A DNA stretch of 63,982 nucleotides, the filler included, from Mitosporidium daphniae (taxonomy: Eukaryota): assembly GCF_000760515.2 (NCBI RefSeq). It is 12 parts of 12 records of this genome, joined end to end, with 100 filler letters (N's around TTAATTAATTAA, not from the genome) between each part and the next. Parts side by side here need not be neighbours in the genome. Positions count along the whole stretch, not along the records: positions 1 to 5,777 come from NW_013546620.1; positions 5,878 to 11,557 come from NW_013546619.1; positions 11,658 to 17,252 come from NW_013546618.1; 9 more parts are not named here. One strand, 5' to 3'. Shown in pieces: positions 1-12,273 of the stretch. A program made the position numbers and the translations under genes. The notes under the pieces were generated by a model. The model was not told where the DNA came from. It did no database searches and was given only the letters and a program-made list of their open reading frames with translations. How positions within the stretch are numbered: the first letter of the stretch is position 1; each line of letters opens with the position of its first letter.

Positions 1-1056
1 TTTATTGGTCTAGGATGTCGGCGATGATGTTCATTGTTGGTATGCCGTTTCATCTTCTCAAAAAATCTATTCTCTTGGATGTTCGCTTCCATTTGTCCAG
101 GAGGATCAGAATCTCAAGTCTTCTGAATTTGACGAGCGGTATTCCGGGAATTTGATTATGGATCTTTCCTCTTTTTCGACGCATCTCACAACTTCTTCTT
201 CCCTTGCCTTTTCGGCTTCGAAGGACCGTATAAGCGTTACAAGTTATCATCCAACAGAAGGTCCCGGAATATTTTCTAGATCAATATCCAATAATTTGCT
301 TTCAGAAATTTCCTGGACCAGGTTCCCATCTTATGTTTCTAATGTATGGTGTATCACGACTCCATCGATCTCTACTAATTCTTCCCTATTGGTGGCTGGC
401 ACTGATGGGAACATTAAAAATCGGAAGAGAATTCATGTTTTAGATGTTGAGCGAGCAACGTTTGTTCGGGGCATGCAGTTGGGAAATACTTGCTCCGATG
501 TTCTGTCCTTGTGCTCTGTAAGCTCCGAAACGATCTTTGCTGGCCTTCGAAATGGCAACCTTTTTTCGATTGATTTAAGAGAACCACGTCGGTCTGGTGG
601 GTTTGTTTCCACTGCCCTTCACGCAGGGATCAGTTTCATTTTAAAGCCAACCGCCTCTGATTTCAACTTGGTCATTGGAACGCTGCATGACCAAGTAAGC
701 CAAGTTTTATTTTATTTCATTTTCTGTAGCTGTATTTATTTGATTCCAGAAGCTCTTCGCAACCAGTATTTCAATACGAGGTTCCCAATTGTTCTTTTAT
801 CCCATCGCTTTTGCCAAGGGTCCCATTAGCCACTCTGGGCGCATATGGAACCCTTTTGCATGTTGTTGCCCCTTTATCAAAGCCTTTGTCTTTGCTCTCG
901 TTCCTAGTTGATTCGCCAATTTCAATCGGCTCAAAGCTCATTGGTAATGTCTCTCAGCGAAGCAGCGATGACGATGATCATGACCATCGTCGCCATCATA
1001 TCGAGCCATCATATTCCCAATTAATTTGTTATGAGGAGAGGCCAATTTTATTGTGA
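1..1056 (+). CDS. WD40 repeat protein, DCAF4/WDR21-like (5' partial, spliced)
   Basis: ORF 152-829 has SDVLSL..IFAGLRNGNLFSIDLR. A 35-nt GT-AG intron at 695-729 joins it in frame (DQ|LYLFDSR) to ORF 811-1056. Confidence 0.55.
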
Positions 1057-1270
1057 GTTGCCAAAAATTGCAAGGAAGGCTGTTTGGTATATCAGCTAGG
1101 CTATACACTAGCCACACTGACGCCCCCAACAGCCTCCCTCGCCCATCATCAGATGGACGGTGACGGTATTGTGATTCCAGGGAGGTGTATGCGTTTTGTT
1201 TTGGAATCACACCGAAAGTAGAACACTCGAGTACTCGGATCACTAACCTAACACCTATACAAGGTAGTAT
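1056..1270 (-). ncRNA. Candidate divergent U1-like / Sm-class snRNA
   Basis: Minus strand begins ATACTACCTTG. It contains a GATC loop, stems GTGATTCCA/TGGAATCAC, CGTCCATC/GATGGGCG and AGGGAGGCTGTT/AACAGCCTTCCT, and ends in the Sm site AATTTTTGG (1061-1069). Confidence 0.5.
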
Positions 1271-1848
1271 CCCTTATTATAAATACAGTTGTACACCTTA
1301 TTAAGAACCGTAAGGTTTTAACCTGCCTTAGGGTTGGCGATTACAAAGATCATTTCCTCTACTTAATACTTGAGAAAGAAGGACCCGACGACAAGCAATC
1401 ATATCACGGAATAGGCGCATCAGCAGACGAGCGTTTATGAAGCCCCGACATGTACTAAAAATTAATTCAAACGTCAATGAAGAAAAATATCCTAATTTAG
1501 GCCAATATGTTCGGGGATAAGACATGAGTGGCAGTGGTAGTGTTAGTGATAATAGTATTGTTACGAGGAGCTGAGAAAGGCACATGTCGTAAAAGACTTT
1601 CCAAACAGACGCACATTCATAAATCTATACGAGCATTTCTAAAGAGAATACTGAAAACAAATACATCTTGCCGTATTTGGGTTTATTAGTGTGCAGGTTA
1701 CTTATATAGCTGTGGGCTGTTTCAAACTTGGCCCCACTGACCAATGGCATTTAGAGCTTACCAATTGGAAATCGCGTACAAAAGCCAATCAATTTTGCGG
1801 GCATATTCAGCCTGATTGGTGGTGGTCGATTTCAATATCCGCTGTACC

Positions 1849-2994
1849 TCACTTGGCATTTATTGGGCCCATATCGGGATTGTGGAAAGGAAGATTAAAT
1901 GGGACTCCGGATAGCTTTAAAATCTCGGCAGCCAATATATGCCCCAATTTGATACAGGAAAATATGTCCTGATCCGTCAAGTATCGGACAAGAAATCCTG
2001 CAGTAAACGCATCACCGGCACCAACCGAATCAGCAATCTCTTCTGGAGATACCAATTGCACATTTTGGGAGAGAATGTTTCCATTGATGGCATGTATTGT
2101 AGGGTACGTTCCATTTGTGATGATAATGTTCATAATTGGGTATCTTTTAGAAAACCGGAAAAGAGATGGCATCAGTTCGTCTGTACATCCCTCAACTGTC
2201 GGAAAGTTATGTTCTTCCTCGAGTATATTTAACTCGGCCTTTTTGTCGATGATTTTTCTAAATAGATGCGAAAATTCGTCATAGTTTCCAAATAAAATTC
2301 TAACGCGAGGAAACAAGGCGAAAAACTCTTCCAAATAGTCAGAGATCAGAAACTCTGCCGATAAGTTTAAAGCAAACGTCTAAAGTTAAAAGCGTACAAT
2401 ACGTTAGCCGTGGATGCAACGTAACATATCGTTTCAAAGGAGCTGCTTAGAAAGAACCCAGAGGCGTAGGCTATTTTCGAGTGTTTTATGGTGTTAATGG
2501 AATCCTCATCGATTGACAAATCGTGAAAGCAATACTTAACAGCTGCATTGAGATCGGCAACCAATGTTCTACCAGCCAGTTTGGCGTTAAAAACAATACC
2601 TGGTCTTATGTTCTCCGTTTAACACGGCAATGCATGTCCCGGTTTTCTCGCCATCTCTTATTTGGAAGACCGTTCCAAGCCCGATTTCATTGCATTTCGT
2701 CTGCAGGATTTCACCAAATTGGTCACCTCCAATCGACCCGAAGAAGACAACCTGCCTGGGCGGGAGAATGGCTTGTGCACAGCGTGCCGTATTCAGAGAA
2801 GATCCACCGGGGACTAATATCCCTGTTTTGATGGCAGCCTCGTGAAGCCCCTTCATTTCTGCAGTGGCTAGGATTGCCGAATTTTCCTTTACATTGAATC
2901 TAGGCAAGAACACACACATGGCCTACTTGTGGATAATAGAAAGGTCCTTGGTAATGATGTCGAGCAATGGGTTGCAAAACACGACTATAGACAT
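1849..2994 (-). CDS. ADO1: Adenosine kinase (pfkB family), 3 introns
   Basis: Motifs NPLLDI, GGSSLNTAR, FALNLSA and DSVGAGDAFTAGFL. Introns at 2900-2926 (27 nt), 2569-2599 (31 nt) and 2380-2402 (23 nt) restore the frame. Confidence 0.9.
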
Positions 2995-3102
2995 CAATAA
3001 AATATGAAAATCGCACACTCATGTGGTGATCACATCCTTTAAGTGGAGCCTCGGTCAATATATAAGGCAATTTTATTAGAATTTACAAATTAAATGGGGG
3101 TA

Positions 3103-5650
3103 TCATCCAGAACACATGGTGCAGCTATCCATGTTTTCCAAAGAACAGGCCAAAACTGCAGCCGGATCATATGATTTCGAGTTCCTTGGGATTTTGTCCT
3201 TATCAGGCTCGACAAATGGACTGTCTTCGCAAGTTGAACTTGCAGAAAGTACTGGCAGGGGCACACTGCGTTGCTCTTTTTTGGGGCTCAAAGTAAAATC
3301 GCCCAGTGATTTGACAAGAGTAGGATCGACGGTAAATTTAATGGCTTCAGCTGCAGGCTTTGTTCGCAGATAATACATGCCGGTCTTTAGCCCCTTTTTC
3401 CACGAGTAAAAATGCATAGAAGTGAGCTTCGAGATGGAAGGCTCGGCAATGTGAATATTGAGAGACTGGCTTTGGTCGATAAAGGCGCCTCGGTCCACGG
3501 CCATATCAATGATGCTCTTTTGTGGAATTTCCCACACGGTCCTATAAAGGTGCCTTATGTCTTCAGGAATCTCGGGTATATTCGCAATTGAGCCATTGTT
3601 TGCAATGATCCTGGTTCGCATAGACGCATCCCACAAACCTAGATTTATCAAATCCTTAAAGAGATATTGATTGAGAATTTGAAATTCGCCGGATAACACT
3701 CGTCTTGTATATATATTTGACGTGTAGGCCTCAAAGCATTCGTTGAACCCTAATATTTGGGATGTCGAGGCCGTGGGCATCGGAGCTAGGAGCAAGGAGT
3801 TCCTAACGCCATACTTGGCAACCTTCGCACGAAGGGAATCCCAATCCCATAAAGATGATGGCACAACATTCCACATGTCGAATTGAAAGATGCCCTGAGA
3901 AATGGGGCTTCCCTGGTAAGACTCGTATGTACCAGTTTGCTGAGCCAGCTCACACGACTGCTCAAGAGCAGCATGGTATATTGTCTCAAATATCTTTATG
4001 TTCAATTCTCGCGCTGGAGGGCTGTCAAAAGGCATTTTGCATCGTAAGAACGTATCTGCAAGACCTTGGACGCCAATTCCAATCGGTCTATGTCTCATAT
4101 TTGATCGCCTAGCCTCCTCGACAGGATAGAAGTTGACATCGATAATATTATTAAGATTTTTTGTTACCACTTTGGCAACATAATGTAGCATATCAAAATC
4201 AAAAGACCCGTCGCTTTTGATAAACATCGGAAGTGCAATGGAAGCGAGGTTACAAACGGAAACCTCATCTTTTGATGAGTACTGGATGATTTCTGTACAC
4301 AAGTTTGAGCTTTTGATGGTCCCCAGGTTTTTTTGATTAGACTTTGCGTTGCAAGAATCTTTAAAGAGCATGTATGGCGTTCCGGTTTCCACTTGCGCAT
4401 CAAGAATGGCATACCAGAGCTTTTGGGCAGGGATCGTTTTACGACCAAGACCTTTGGCCTCATATGAAGCATATAACTCTTCAAACTCCGGTCCCCAACA
4501 GTCGGACAAACCTGGAGCGTCATTTGGACAGAAAAGAGTCCACATCCCATCTTGCTCCACTCGTTTCATGAACAGATCGGGTATCCATAGGGCATAAAAA
4601 AGATCCCTGCACCGACCCTCGTCTTTTCCAAAATTTTTCTTTAAATCCAAGAAATCGAAAACATCAGCGTGCCAGGGCTCCAAATAAATTGCAAAGGCGC
4701 CAGGTCGTTTATTCCCGCCTTGATCGACATATCGTGCAGTCATGTTATAGACACGAAGCATGGGGACTATACCGTTTGAGTAGCCACCTGTTCCAGCAAT
4801 ATAAGACCCAGAGGCTCTTATATTATGGATATGAAGACCAACACCCCCGGCAGACTTGCTAATCAATGCACATGTTTTCAGGGTGTCATATATTCCGGTG
4901 ATCGAATCGTCAGTCATTGCAATCAAAAAACAGGATGAAAGCTGGGGCCGCGGTGTACCGGCATTAAAAAGGGTTGGGGAGGCATGGGTGAACATCCGCT
5001 GAGACATCAAATTATACGTTTCGATGGCAGAGTCGACGTCTTCACCGTGAATGCCAAGCGCAACTCTCATGATCAGATACTGGGGACGCTCCACAACCTT
5101 GCCCCTGATTCTCAGCAGATACGAACGCTCAAGGGTTTTAAATCCAAAATACTGATAGTCGAAATCTCGAGAATTTTCGATAGCAGCATCGATTCTTTCT
5201 CTGTTTTCCATCACAACATGATAAAGCGTTTCGGCAATCATGGGCTGGGGCTTTTCCGAGATTTCATTGACATTGTCAAAGAGATCCTTAATCACTTCAG
5301 AAAAGGTACTCTTCGTTTCTTTGTGAAGGTTACTAACTGCTATTCTGCTCGCCAGAGTTGCATAATCCGGGTGAATCGTTGTCATATAGGCAGCCGTCTC
5401 GGCGGCAAGATTATCTAGCTCGGTTGTTTTTACGTTTGAATAAATGCCAGCNACAACCTAAAAGATGTATTCGAAGATTTGCCAACCTTTTGCGCTATAA
5501 GGACAGGATCGATTCGATCAATGTCAAGGCCATTACAGAGCTGCAATATGCGCTTTGTAATCTTATCAAAGTGCACCTTTTCTTTGCTTCCGTCTAGGTG
5601 GAAATAATGAATTGTCCACACGTACCTCTTTTAATCACAAACAGAACCAT
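3103..5650 (-). CDS. RNR1: Ribonucleoside-diphosphate reductase large subunit
   Basis: Motifs [29 protein letters not shown] and C-terminal CTMCSG. The ATP-cone start [10 protein letters not shown] is reached via introns 5594-5625 (32 nt) and 5458-5486 (29 nt). Confidence 0.97.
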
Positions 5651-5777
5651 GCTTCCTTTTTCTAATATTAAAAATCACTATTTATAGATCTCAAGCGAGG
5701 GAGTTTTGGGCGGGCAACTGTGCAAAATGCGACCAAACCCTAAAGGAGAACAGGAGAATTAATTAGCAAGAAAAGGT

Positions 5778-5877
5778 NNNNNNNNNNNNNNNNNNNNNNN
5801 NNNNNNNNNNNNNNNNNNNNNTTAATTAATTAANNNNNNNNNNNNNNNNNNNNNNNNNNNNNNNNNNNNNNNNNNNN
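5778..5877. other. Artificial contig linker N44-TTAATTAATTAA-N44
   Basis: Stop-in-all-frames spacer. The same linker occurs at 11558-11657, 17253-17352, 22928-23027, 28521-28620, 34091-34190, 39644-39743, 45109-45208, 50527-50626, 55790-55889 and 60742-60841. Complete contigs shrink monotonically from 5680 to 4852 bp. Confidence 0.98.
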
Positions 5878-6175
5878 AAAGTCCAAGACGCAGGGACATT
5901 CCCTATCCACAATAACGGATACATTCTACGATACTTCAACGTTTACGTCAAGATCTCCCAAGACCCATGCTGTGGATTTGGGTAAAGGAAAAAAAGGATC
6001 ACAATACAAAAAAAGTCAAATGGAGCATGAAAGTTTCGAAAATACCGTTGCAGAAGGTTCCAATTCTGTAACCAAGTCCTCTTCGTCAGATGGGAGTGGC
6101 GGCTTTATGGGATTTTTCAAGAATGCGTTAAAGTCTTCTTCAGCACCCTCTACCATAACGCCGTCCAGGCAGTAA
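5878..6175 (+). CDS. Ser/Thr-rich C-terminal fragment of a hypothetical protein (5' truncated by contig end)
   Basis: Open frame from the contig start to the stop at 6175, followed by AATAAA. Confidence 0.4.
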
Positions 6176-6216
6176 TTACGATATCAAATAAAATTTTATT
6201 TAAACCACCTGCTGCC

Positions 6217-7277
6217 TCAATAGTTCGCCCTATTATTTTCACTATTAGGCCCAGGTAAGACCTTGGAAGTTTGAAGAGGTATCTCCAAATAGCTGGTCGA
6301 TGCCTTTTTGACCAAACTGCTGATATCGTTAATTGGAAGCGCTAGGGCATTACTGTCGCTACCAGTGGTCACTTGATGCTGTGATAACTCGGAGCAAAAG
6401 GATTTTTTTGCAAGCCTCAGCTCTTCAATCTTGAAAAATAAAATTCCAAGCCTCTTACCTTTGAATCGATGTCTGAAATTATGTCTTCCAGCTCCGATTT
6501 TTCATCGACATCAAGAGACTCTTCCAAATGTTTCATGAGCGTTGCTTTTGAGTCTGATAAAAACGTAACTGCAGCATCAAAATCGGACGAATATTCGGAA
6601 ACAAGGGCCATTTTAAAGTGAATTTCGGCCATAAATCTTTTGGACCCCGAAATAGAGGTATTTGAAATCAATATGTCCAAGGCCGATTTAAGATTTTCGT
6701 GAGCATGGTTCCAATTTTCAGACTCTATACATACCTCAGAGAGTGATTCATAGACATCTATAAGAGCAATACTGGCCCTTTCAGAAGATATTCGCTGGTA
6801 TAAGATTCTTGACGTGTCCAAGGCCTCCCAGGCTAATTGCAGATCATCGCAAATATCGTTTGCAATTTGCAAAGCATTCCGAGCCTTATCGTCAACGCAG
6901 ATAGACAGATCAACGGTGCCGGTGTCCATGCCCTCCGAATCATCTTTAGAAGAATCCATATCGCAGCTTTCATCTGACTCGCTCATCACCTCCTCATCTG
7001 CAGTATTTACATAATTACTTGTGCTTGTTGCCTGTTTCGATACAACGGACTCTCCCAATACATTTCCATTTTCCCTGGCAAGTTCAAGCAAGGCTTGTCC
7101 GTATTTCAGATGGAGATAGGCAATCATAGAAAGATTGTCGTTGGGAGTCAATTGATCGATCTCTTTTCCGTTTGTGGAGAGCTTTAAGCATGCTGAAAGG
7201 TGCTCCGTGGCGCTTTGAAAATCCCCCGATTTGTAAGAAATAGCAGCTAATTGGATAAGGGAGGTTAGGTCCGACAT
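6217..7277 (-). CDS. NASP/Sim3/Hif1 histone chaperone (SHNi-TPR)
   Basis: Motifs YGQALLELARENGNVLG, an acidic insert, DDLQLAWEALD and EVCIESENW. A short intron near 6431-6459 adds a last exon with NDISSLVKK. Confidence 0.85.
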
Positions 7278-7327
7278 TTTGAAGATGTAAATTTATTAAA
7301 AACATTAAAATCTGGGGCGCTACCTAA

Positions 7328-8222
7328 TTACTCAAAGAAGGCAACCAAGGACATCATTAAAAAGCCAAGGCAAACCAGCGAATATTTCGGATAAATATGT
7401 CTATCAATTACAGTAAATTCGGGAGGAATCATTTCAATACAGCATACAAACAAAAACGAGCCGATGGAGAGGCCATTTATGACACAGCTTATCATTATCG
7501 TTGAGAAGGAGGAAAAGGCACCATTTACTAGGGCCATTCCAATGAGGATACCTAAAAGTGAGGATAGCACACTAACCTAGTGGTGTTAGCAGGGCATAAA
7601 AAAAATTCAAGAAAATTGCCGTTGTCAGCGAAAAGTTTGCATTAAGAACGTTAACGCCGAGGGCAAATGCCTCGAGCCATTTATGAGAAAATAATCCAAC
7701 GGTATAGGAAAATAGCTCTGTTTGCATCTTAATGGGCCCAAGACCAAGGCCTTCCAAAAACGAATGCAGAGACAGCGCAAGTATCATGGACATGGCGCTT
7801 GTTTTGGATCTTAATCCACTTGAAGTGAATGGGTCTTGCTTTCGAGGATTACTAACAGGCAGCTGCTCCTTGAAATTCTCGCTATCTGCATGTATATGAG
7901 TGGGACATTGGAACGTGAAGAGCCTGTCAATTGCAAATAACACCAAGAAAGAACTTCCGGCCGAAAACATTGCAATGATGGGATAAAACTGGCCCTTTGA
8001 AAGGAAATCTTCTATCATTATGAGATTTGGAAAAACATGCATCAACATAACGCCCAACACAGTCCCGCCAGCGAGGCAATTACAGTATGACATAAATCTG
8101 GCTGTTGAGGTGTTGGAGCCGTAATGCCTTTTAAGGATCCAAGGGGAAAATGTTGAAACGACCGTGACGACCAGCAGAATTACAGCAACATAAATTTTCG
8201 TGCCAACAAACGGAGCATCCAT
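7328..8222 (-). CDS. ZIP-family zinc transporter
   Basis: Motifs ALSLHSFLEGLGLG, HKWLEAFALG and IGSFLFV..IEMIP. A 25-nt intron at 7552-7576 joins the two ORFs. Confidence 0.9.
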
Positions 8223-8275
8223 AGGATTAAAAAAATTAATTAAAGTTGAGAGTACGAGCTAATAATATTTAAGAA

Positions 8276-10114
8276 TTAAAATTCATTTATGGATAAATTC
8301 AATGCAAAAGTTATGGAGTCGCCATCATCACTAAAATGGTCGCCGTATTCATCAGAAACGGTGTCCAGATCCTCTTGTGGAGAGCTATTTTCCTCCCCTG
8401 ATAAAATTGGGGAAGCGGAATTGTCAAAATCATCGATCATTTGCCTATGTTCCTTTTGCAAGTTCCTAAATGCATTGGACAGCCTTTGTGGCTTAGCTAG
8501 ACGCCCTCGTGGACATGCACGGACATCGTCTGCTTTCCCATGAAGCATCCAAATCTTGAAAAAATCGGGATTTAAAACATCGTAAAATACCAAAATGGAG
8601 TTGTGAATCTCAAATCTACAATTAGGAGACACTCTATTTGGGTTGCTAAATTGTAAAAACTTGGGACGTTACCAAACACGAATGGAACAGAGAGGTTTCC
8701 CATCAAAACTACTGTAAATATTTAGAAGCCCAGAGTTTCTACGCATTATGCAAAAATGTTACAAAAGCACGGCAACGTAATTACTTGCCAAAAAAACTTG
8801 GTCGCAATAAATGCTAGAATCGAGTTTGAGGCATATCCTAAAATTAGACAATGACAAAGTACATCTCAAACGATGCTGCTTTCAAATTGAGCCTCTCCGA
8901 GCTGATCCCTTTAAATATCAAGATGTTTTCTGCAAAGGAGACGGCTAAATTAACCTCTGTGCCGCTAACATGCTCTATAGAGGTACCGATTGAGCGAGTT
9001 TTAAGTCCATAAGTTGGGTTGACTTTGTCAGGAAAGTTGAAAACATTTCTCCCAACAGCGGGAAGAGAACTGTACTTTAATATCTGAGCAATAGAATCGA
9101 GATGATACAGTACAAACTTGACACCATTAGATAGTGATTCAACTAATTGAAGAATGAAGATCCTAGACCCCTTTGTTGGAGTATAAGATAAAAAATATAC
9201 ATAAGTTGACGATTTTCCGCTATCCCGAAATAGCAAAGATAAGGAGCAAATGCAATCAACATTTCTAATCAAATAAGAGCCAGCATCAAGCATTGAGGTT
9301 ATTTTCAAAGTATTTTCTTCTTGAAAGTACTGGATCACATAGTGCTCATTAGAGCATGCTAATATTAGGGATCTAAATACGTACAAAAGTTGCTGGACTT
9401 CAATGCAACTGATAAGTGTATTGGCTTCAAATTTACATTCAAATAGTGTTCCGATCCGGAAACCAAAGTTACTTTTAAAATAGATTTGCTGTATGAAGAA
9501 AAATCCCATGAAATGGCGCAAATTTCAGAGCCCGGAGGCGTCGCACAGCTAGATAGCGTCGGGTCAACTTTATCAAGCTCAAAATGCGATACAAGTCTAT
9601 AGAGATTTTTAAATGAAATAACATCTGATGGCCGCAAGTTTTCATAAAGCGGCTTGTATAAACTTAATTTAAATTGACGAACAAGGGCCAAAAAACCATC
9701 TGGTCTTAGTGCAAATGAATCAAATTGAGAATCCAAAAAAACTAGGCTCTCCATCGTCAAATAGTTAAGACATCTGAAGCACTTGGCCCCATTGTTTTTC
9801 AGAATCCCCGGATAGATTAGGATAGACGTATTTGGTGCGAAGCAAAAATTGCTTGATGGAGAAGAGGGCAGGAAATTCTGTGTAACATGAGAATGCCTGA
9901 GATCAATGCACAGTGCATTTGAGCCTTGAGAGCAGCTTATCTTTTTTTCAAACCCAGATATCAGTAGAAACTCTTGATACCAAGAATAGTTGGCGTCAAA
10001 AGAACATATGTAGCCTCTAAATCTCGTGGCAATGGTAAACCATGAAATTCCATACGAAAAAATACGGAGAAAGCTGTAGTGGAGAGTAATAAAAACTAGC
10101 TTATATAAAAACAC
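8276..10114 (-). CDS. Hypothetical multi-exon protein
   Basis: Three consecutive same-strand ORFs (9365-10114, 8844-9521, 8276-8632) fill the gap. No recognisable motif, and exon structure is not resolved. Confidence 0.4.
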
Positions 10115-10263
10115 GATTTTTTACTAAATCTCGTGGGTCGTTGATATAAGAGACAATTTTAAGAAGTAACTCGCTGCATAGCAAATGAATTGTCATATAA
10201 AGTTTTCAAAACTCTAATTCATTAAAATTTACAAATAGCCGGCTATTTGTGCGCACGGTTTTC

Positions 10264-11557
10264 ATGTCGAGGCTCGTTTTTCTCAAGGTCTTTTATTTTC
10301 TTTTCGGCCTTTTATTTTTTGTCTGCTATTTTTTCCGTGGACAATACTTTAAACATGTCCTCAAAATAAATGAGAGCTCTTTCGGCGTATTTGCAGCATG
10401 TTCCAGTTTGCTCGGAGTTTGCACAAACATCTTGGTTTCTTTGGTTGCGGATAAATTCAAGATCCATACAGCCTTGCTACTTGCGCTTTCCGTGTTATCT
10501 TCAGCTGCATTTGGGTTTATTCTCGTATTTCACGAATATTTCTCCGCTCATCATTTACAAGCTGTTCTCTTGATGTGTTTGTATGCTTTGCTTGCAGGTG
10601 CGATGTGGCCGCTTGTTGACCGCATCATTCTGCAGACGCTTTCTCGCATGAACTATTCGAAAGATCATTTTTCCTCTCAAAGGCTATTTGGAAATTTGGG
10701 CTATTTTGTTGTCACATTGGGGATTGGCCATCTTGTTACCGTTCTCGGATACACCAAGGGACTTATGCTTGGCATTTCAGTTATTTGTCCTTCGTTTACC
10801 ATTTATCTCCTCCTATGGCATTTTGGGATTTTCGACCTTATATGGCGTAGTAATAAAAATGCTAGTACCTCCAAAGCGCAAGAAAAACCCTCGCTTTCTA
10901 CGCGTCATGAGGCTATATTTCCAGTTGAATTTCCCGATCGCCCATGTGGCATTAAAGCTCTGTTCTGCCTTTCTGCATACCAAATATATCTGTTAACTCT
11001 TTTCTTAGATGGATTCACTCGGTTTTCTTTGGGCTTTTTTCTGAACTTTTATTTCACAGACGAAGTTGGCATGTCCCCGAGAGAGGCATCCGCTACGATT
11101 TCTTTTGCAATAGTTGTTGAAATGCTCTTCTATTCAGTGGGCGCAGCTTTATTAAGGACGCTTGGCGTTTATCCAATGATTGCTTTAGGCCAAATAATAA
11201 TGGTGGCCAGGTTATGGACGCTGTTTTTTGTGCCATCGTCGTCCAGATATGAAGTATTTGTGTTAATTGAGCTTAGTCTAGGTGTTATTTGCGGGTTGTT
11301 TCACCCAGCATGTGTTGCCCTCGCTAGCAAGTTATCTCTTAAAGGTAAAGAAAGCACCTGCCAAGCAATATTTAACGGCGTATACAATGGGATCGGTGGA
11401 TTCGCTGCCGGTATTTTTGGCTCTTACAGTCTTTCTTTAAAAAGCAATATTTTGAATACCTCTTCCTTTCTTTTTATGCTCTTTTTGGTTGCTATTATTT
11501 GTTCTGCGTGGTGCTTTTCTTTCATATTATTGTATCGAAACTGGATTAAAAAATCGC
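10264..11557 (+). CDS. MFS transporter (MFSD6/MFS_1-like), 3' end at contig edge
   Basis: About 12 hydrophobic segments. Motifs LVADKF, FSSQRLFGNLG and QAIFNGVYNGIGG. Confidence 0.85.
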
Positions 11558-11657
11558 NNNNNNNNNNNNNNNNNNNNNNNNNNNNNNNNNNNNNNNNNNN
11601 NTTAATTAATTAANNNNNNNNNNNNNNNNNNNNNNNNNNNNNNNNNNNNNNNNNNNN

Positions 11658-12156
11658 TCACATGACATGATAAAAGGGATATACAATTTGGGATGCTCAA
11701 TAAAGTCCATATGAGTAAAAAACAATGGCCCGAAATATTAATGCCATAATATGAGCGTTTAAAGAACGGCTTTGCAATTTGAATGATAAGGCCATACCAG
11801 AAGGTAAAGGTTAACAGGATCAAGCCCAGCCGAATAAGCATTTTTGAGGTGATCGTTGGAATCTTAGAAAACGAAGGATGAGGAAGCAGCGATCTCAAAA
11901 GCGTGAATGTTATCACAAACAGCACCAGAATGGCAAAGCCAAATTTTTTGAACAAAACGTTGATATCATAGTATTCAAATAGGTAAAACAGAGAAATATA
12001 TTTAATGGCCTCGTCACTTCCCGTCGGACAATATATGGCGAAAACGATACAAGATGCGAAAAAGTATAATCCAATCAAAAAGACCAGCAGTAGCATATAG
12101 CACTTTAGGATTGTACGCTTGTAAACAAAGTACGTTGTATCGGCTAACGAATCCAA
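11658..12156 (-). CDS. FIT/Scs3 family (FITM2-like) acyl-CoA diphosphatase, partial
   Basis: Multi-pass membrane ORF with the GINISGHCFLL motif, truncated at the contig end. Confidence 0.7.
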
Positions 12157-12273
12157 AGTGGCGGTAAATTATAAATTTCTCTATTATTTTAAGTGTAACT
12201 TGTTAGTTGCCAGGGACACAATCACTCGCGCAAACGCCGAGCCCTTTAAAGCCAAAAGAATGCCCGAGTCTGC

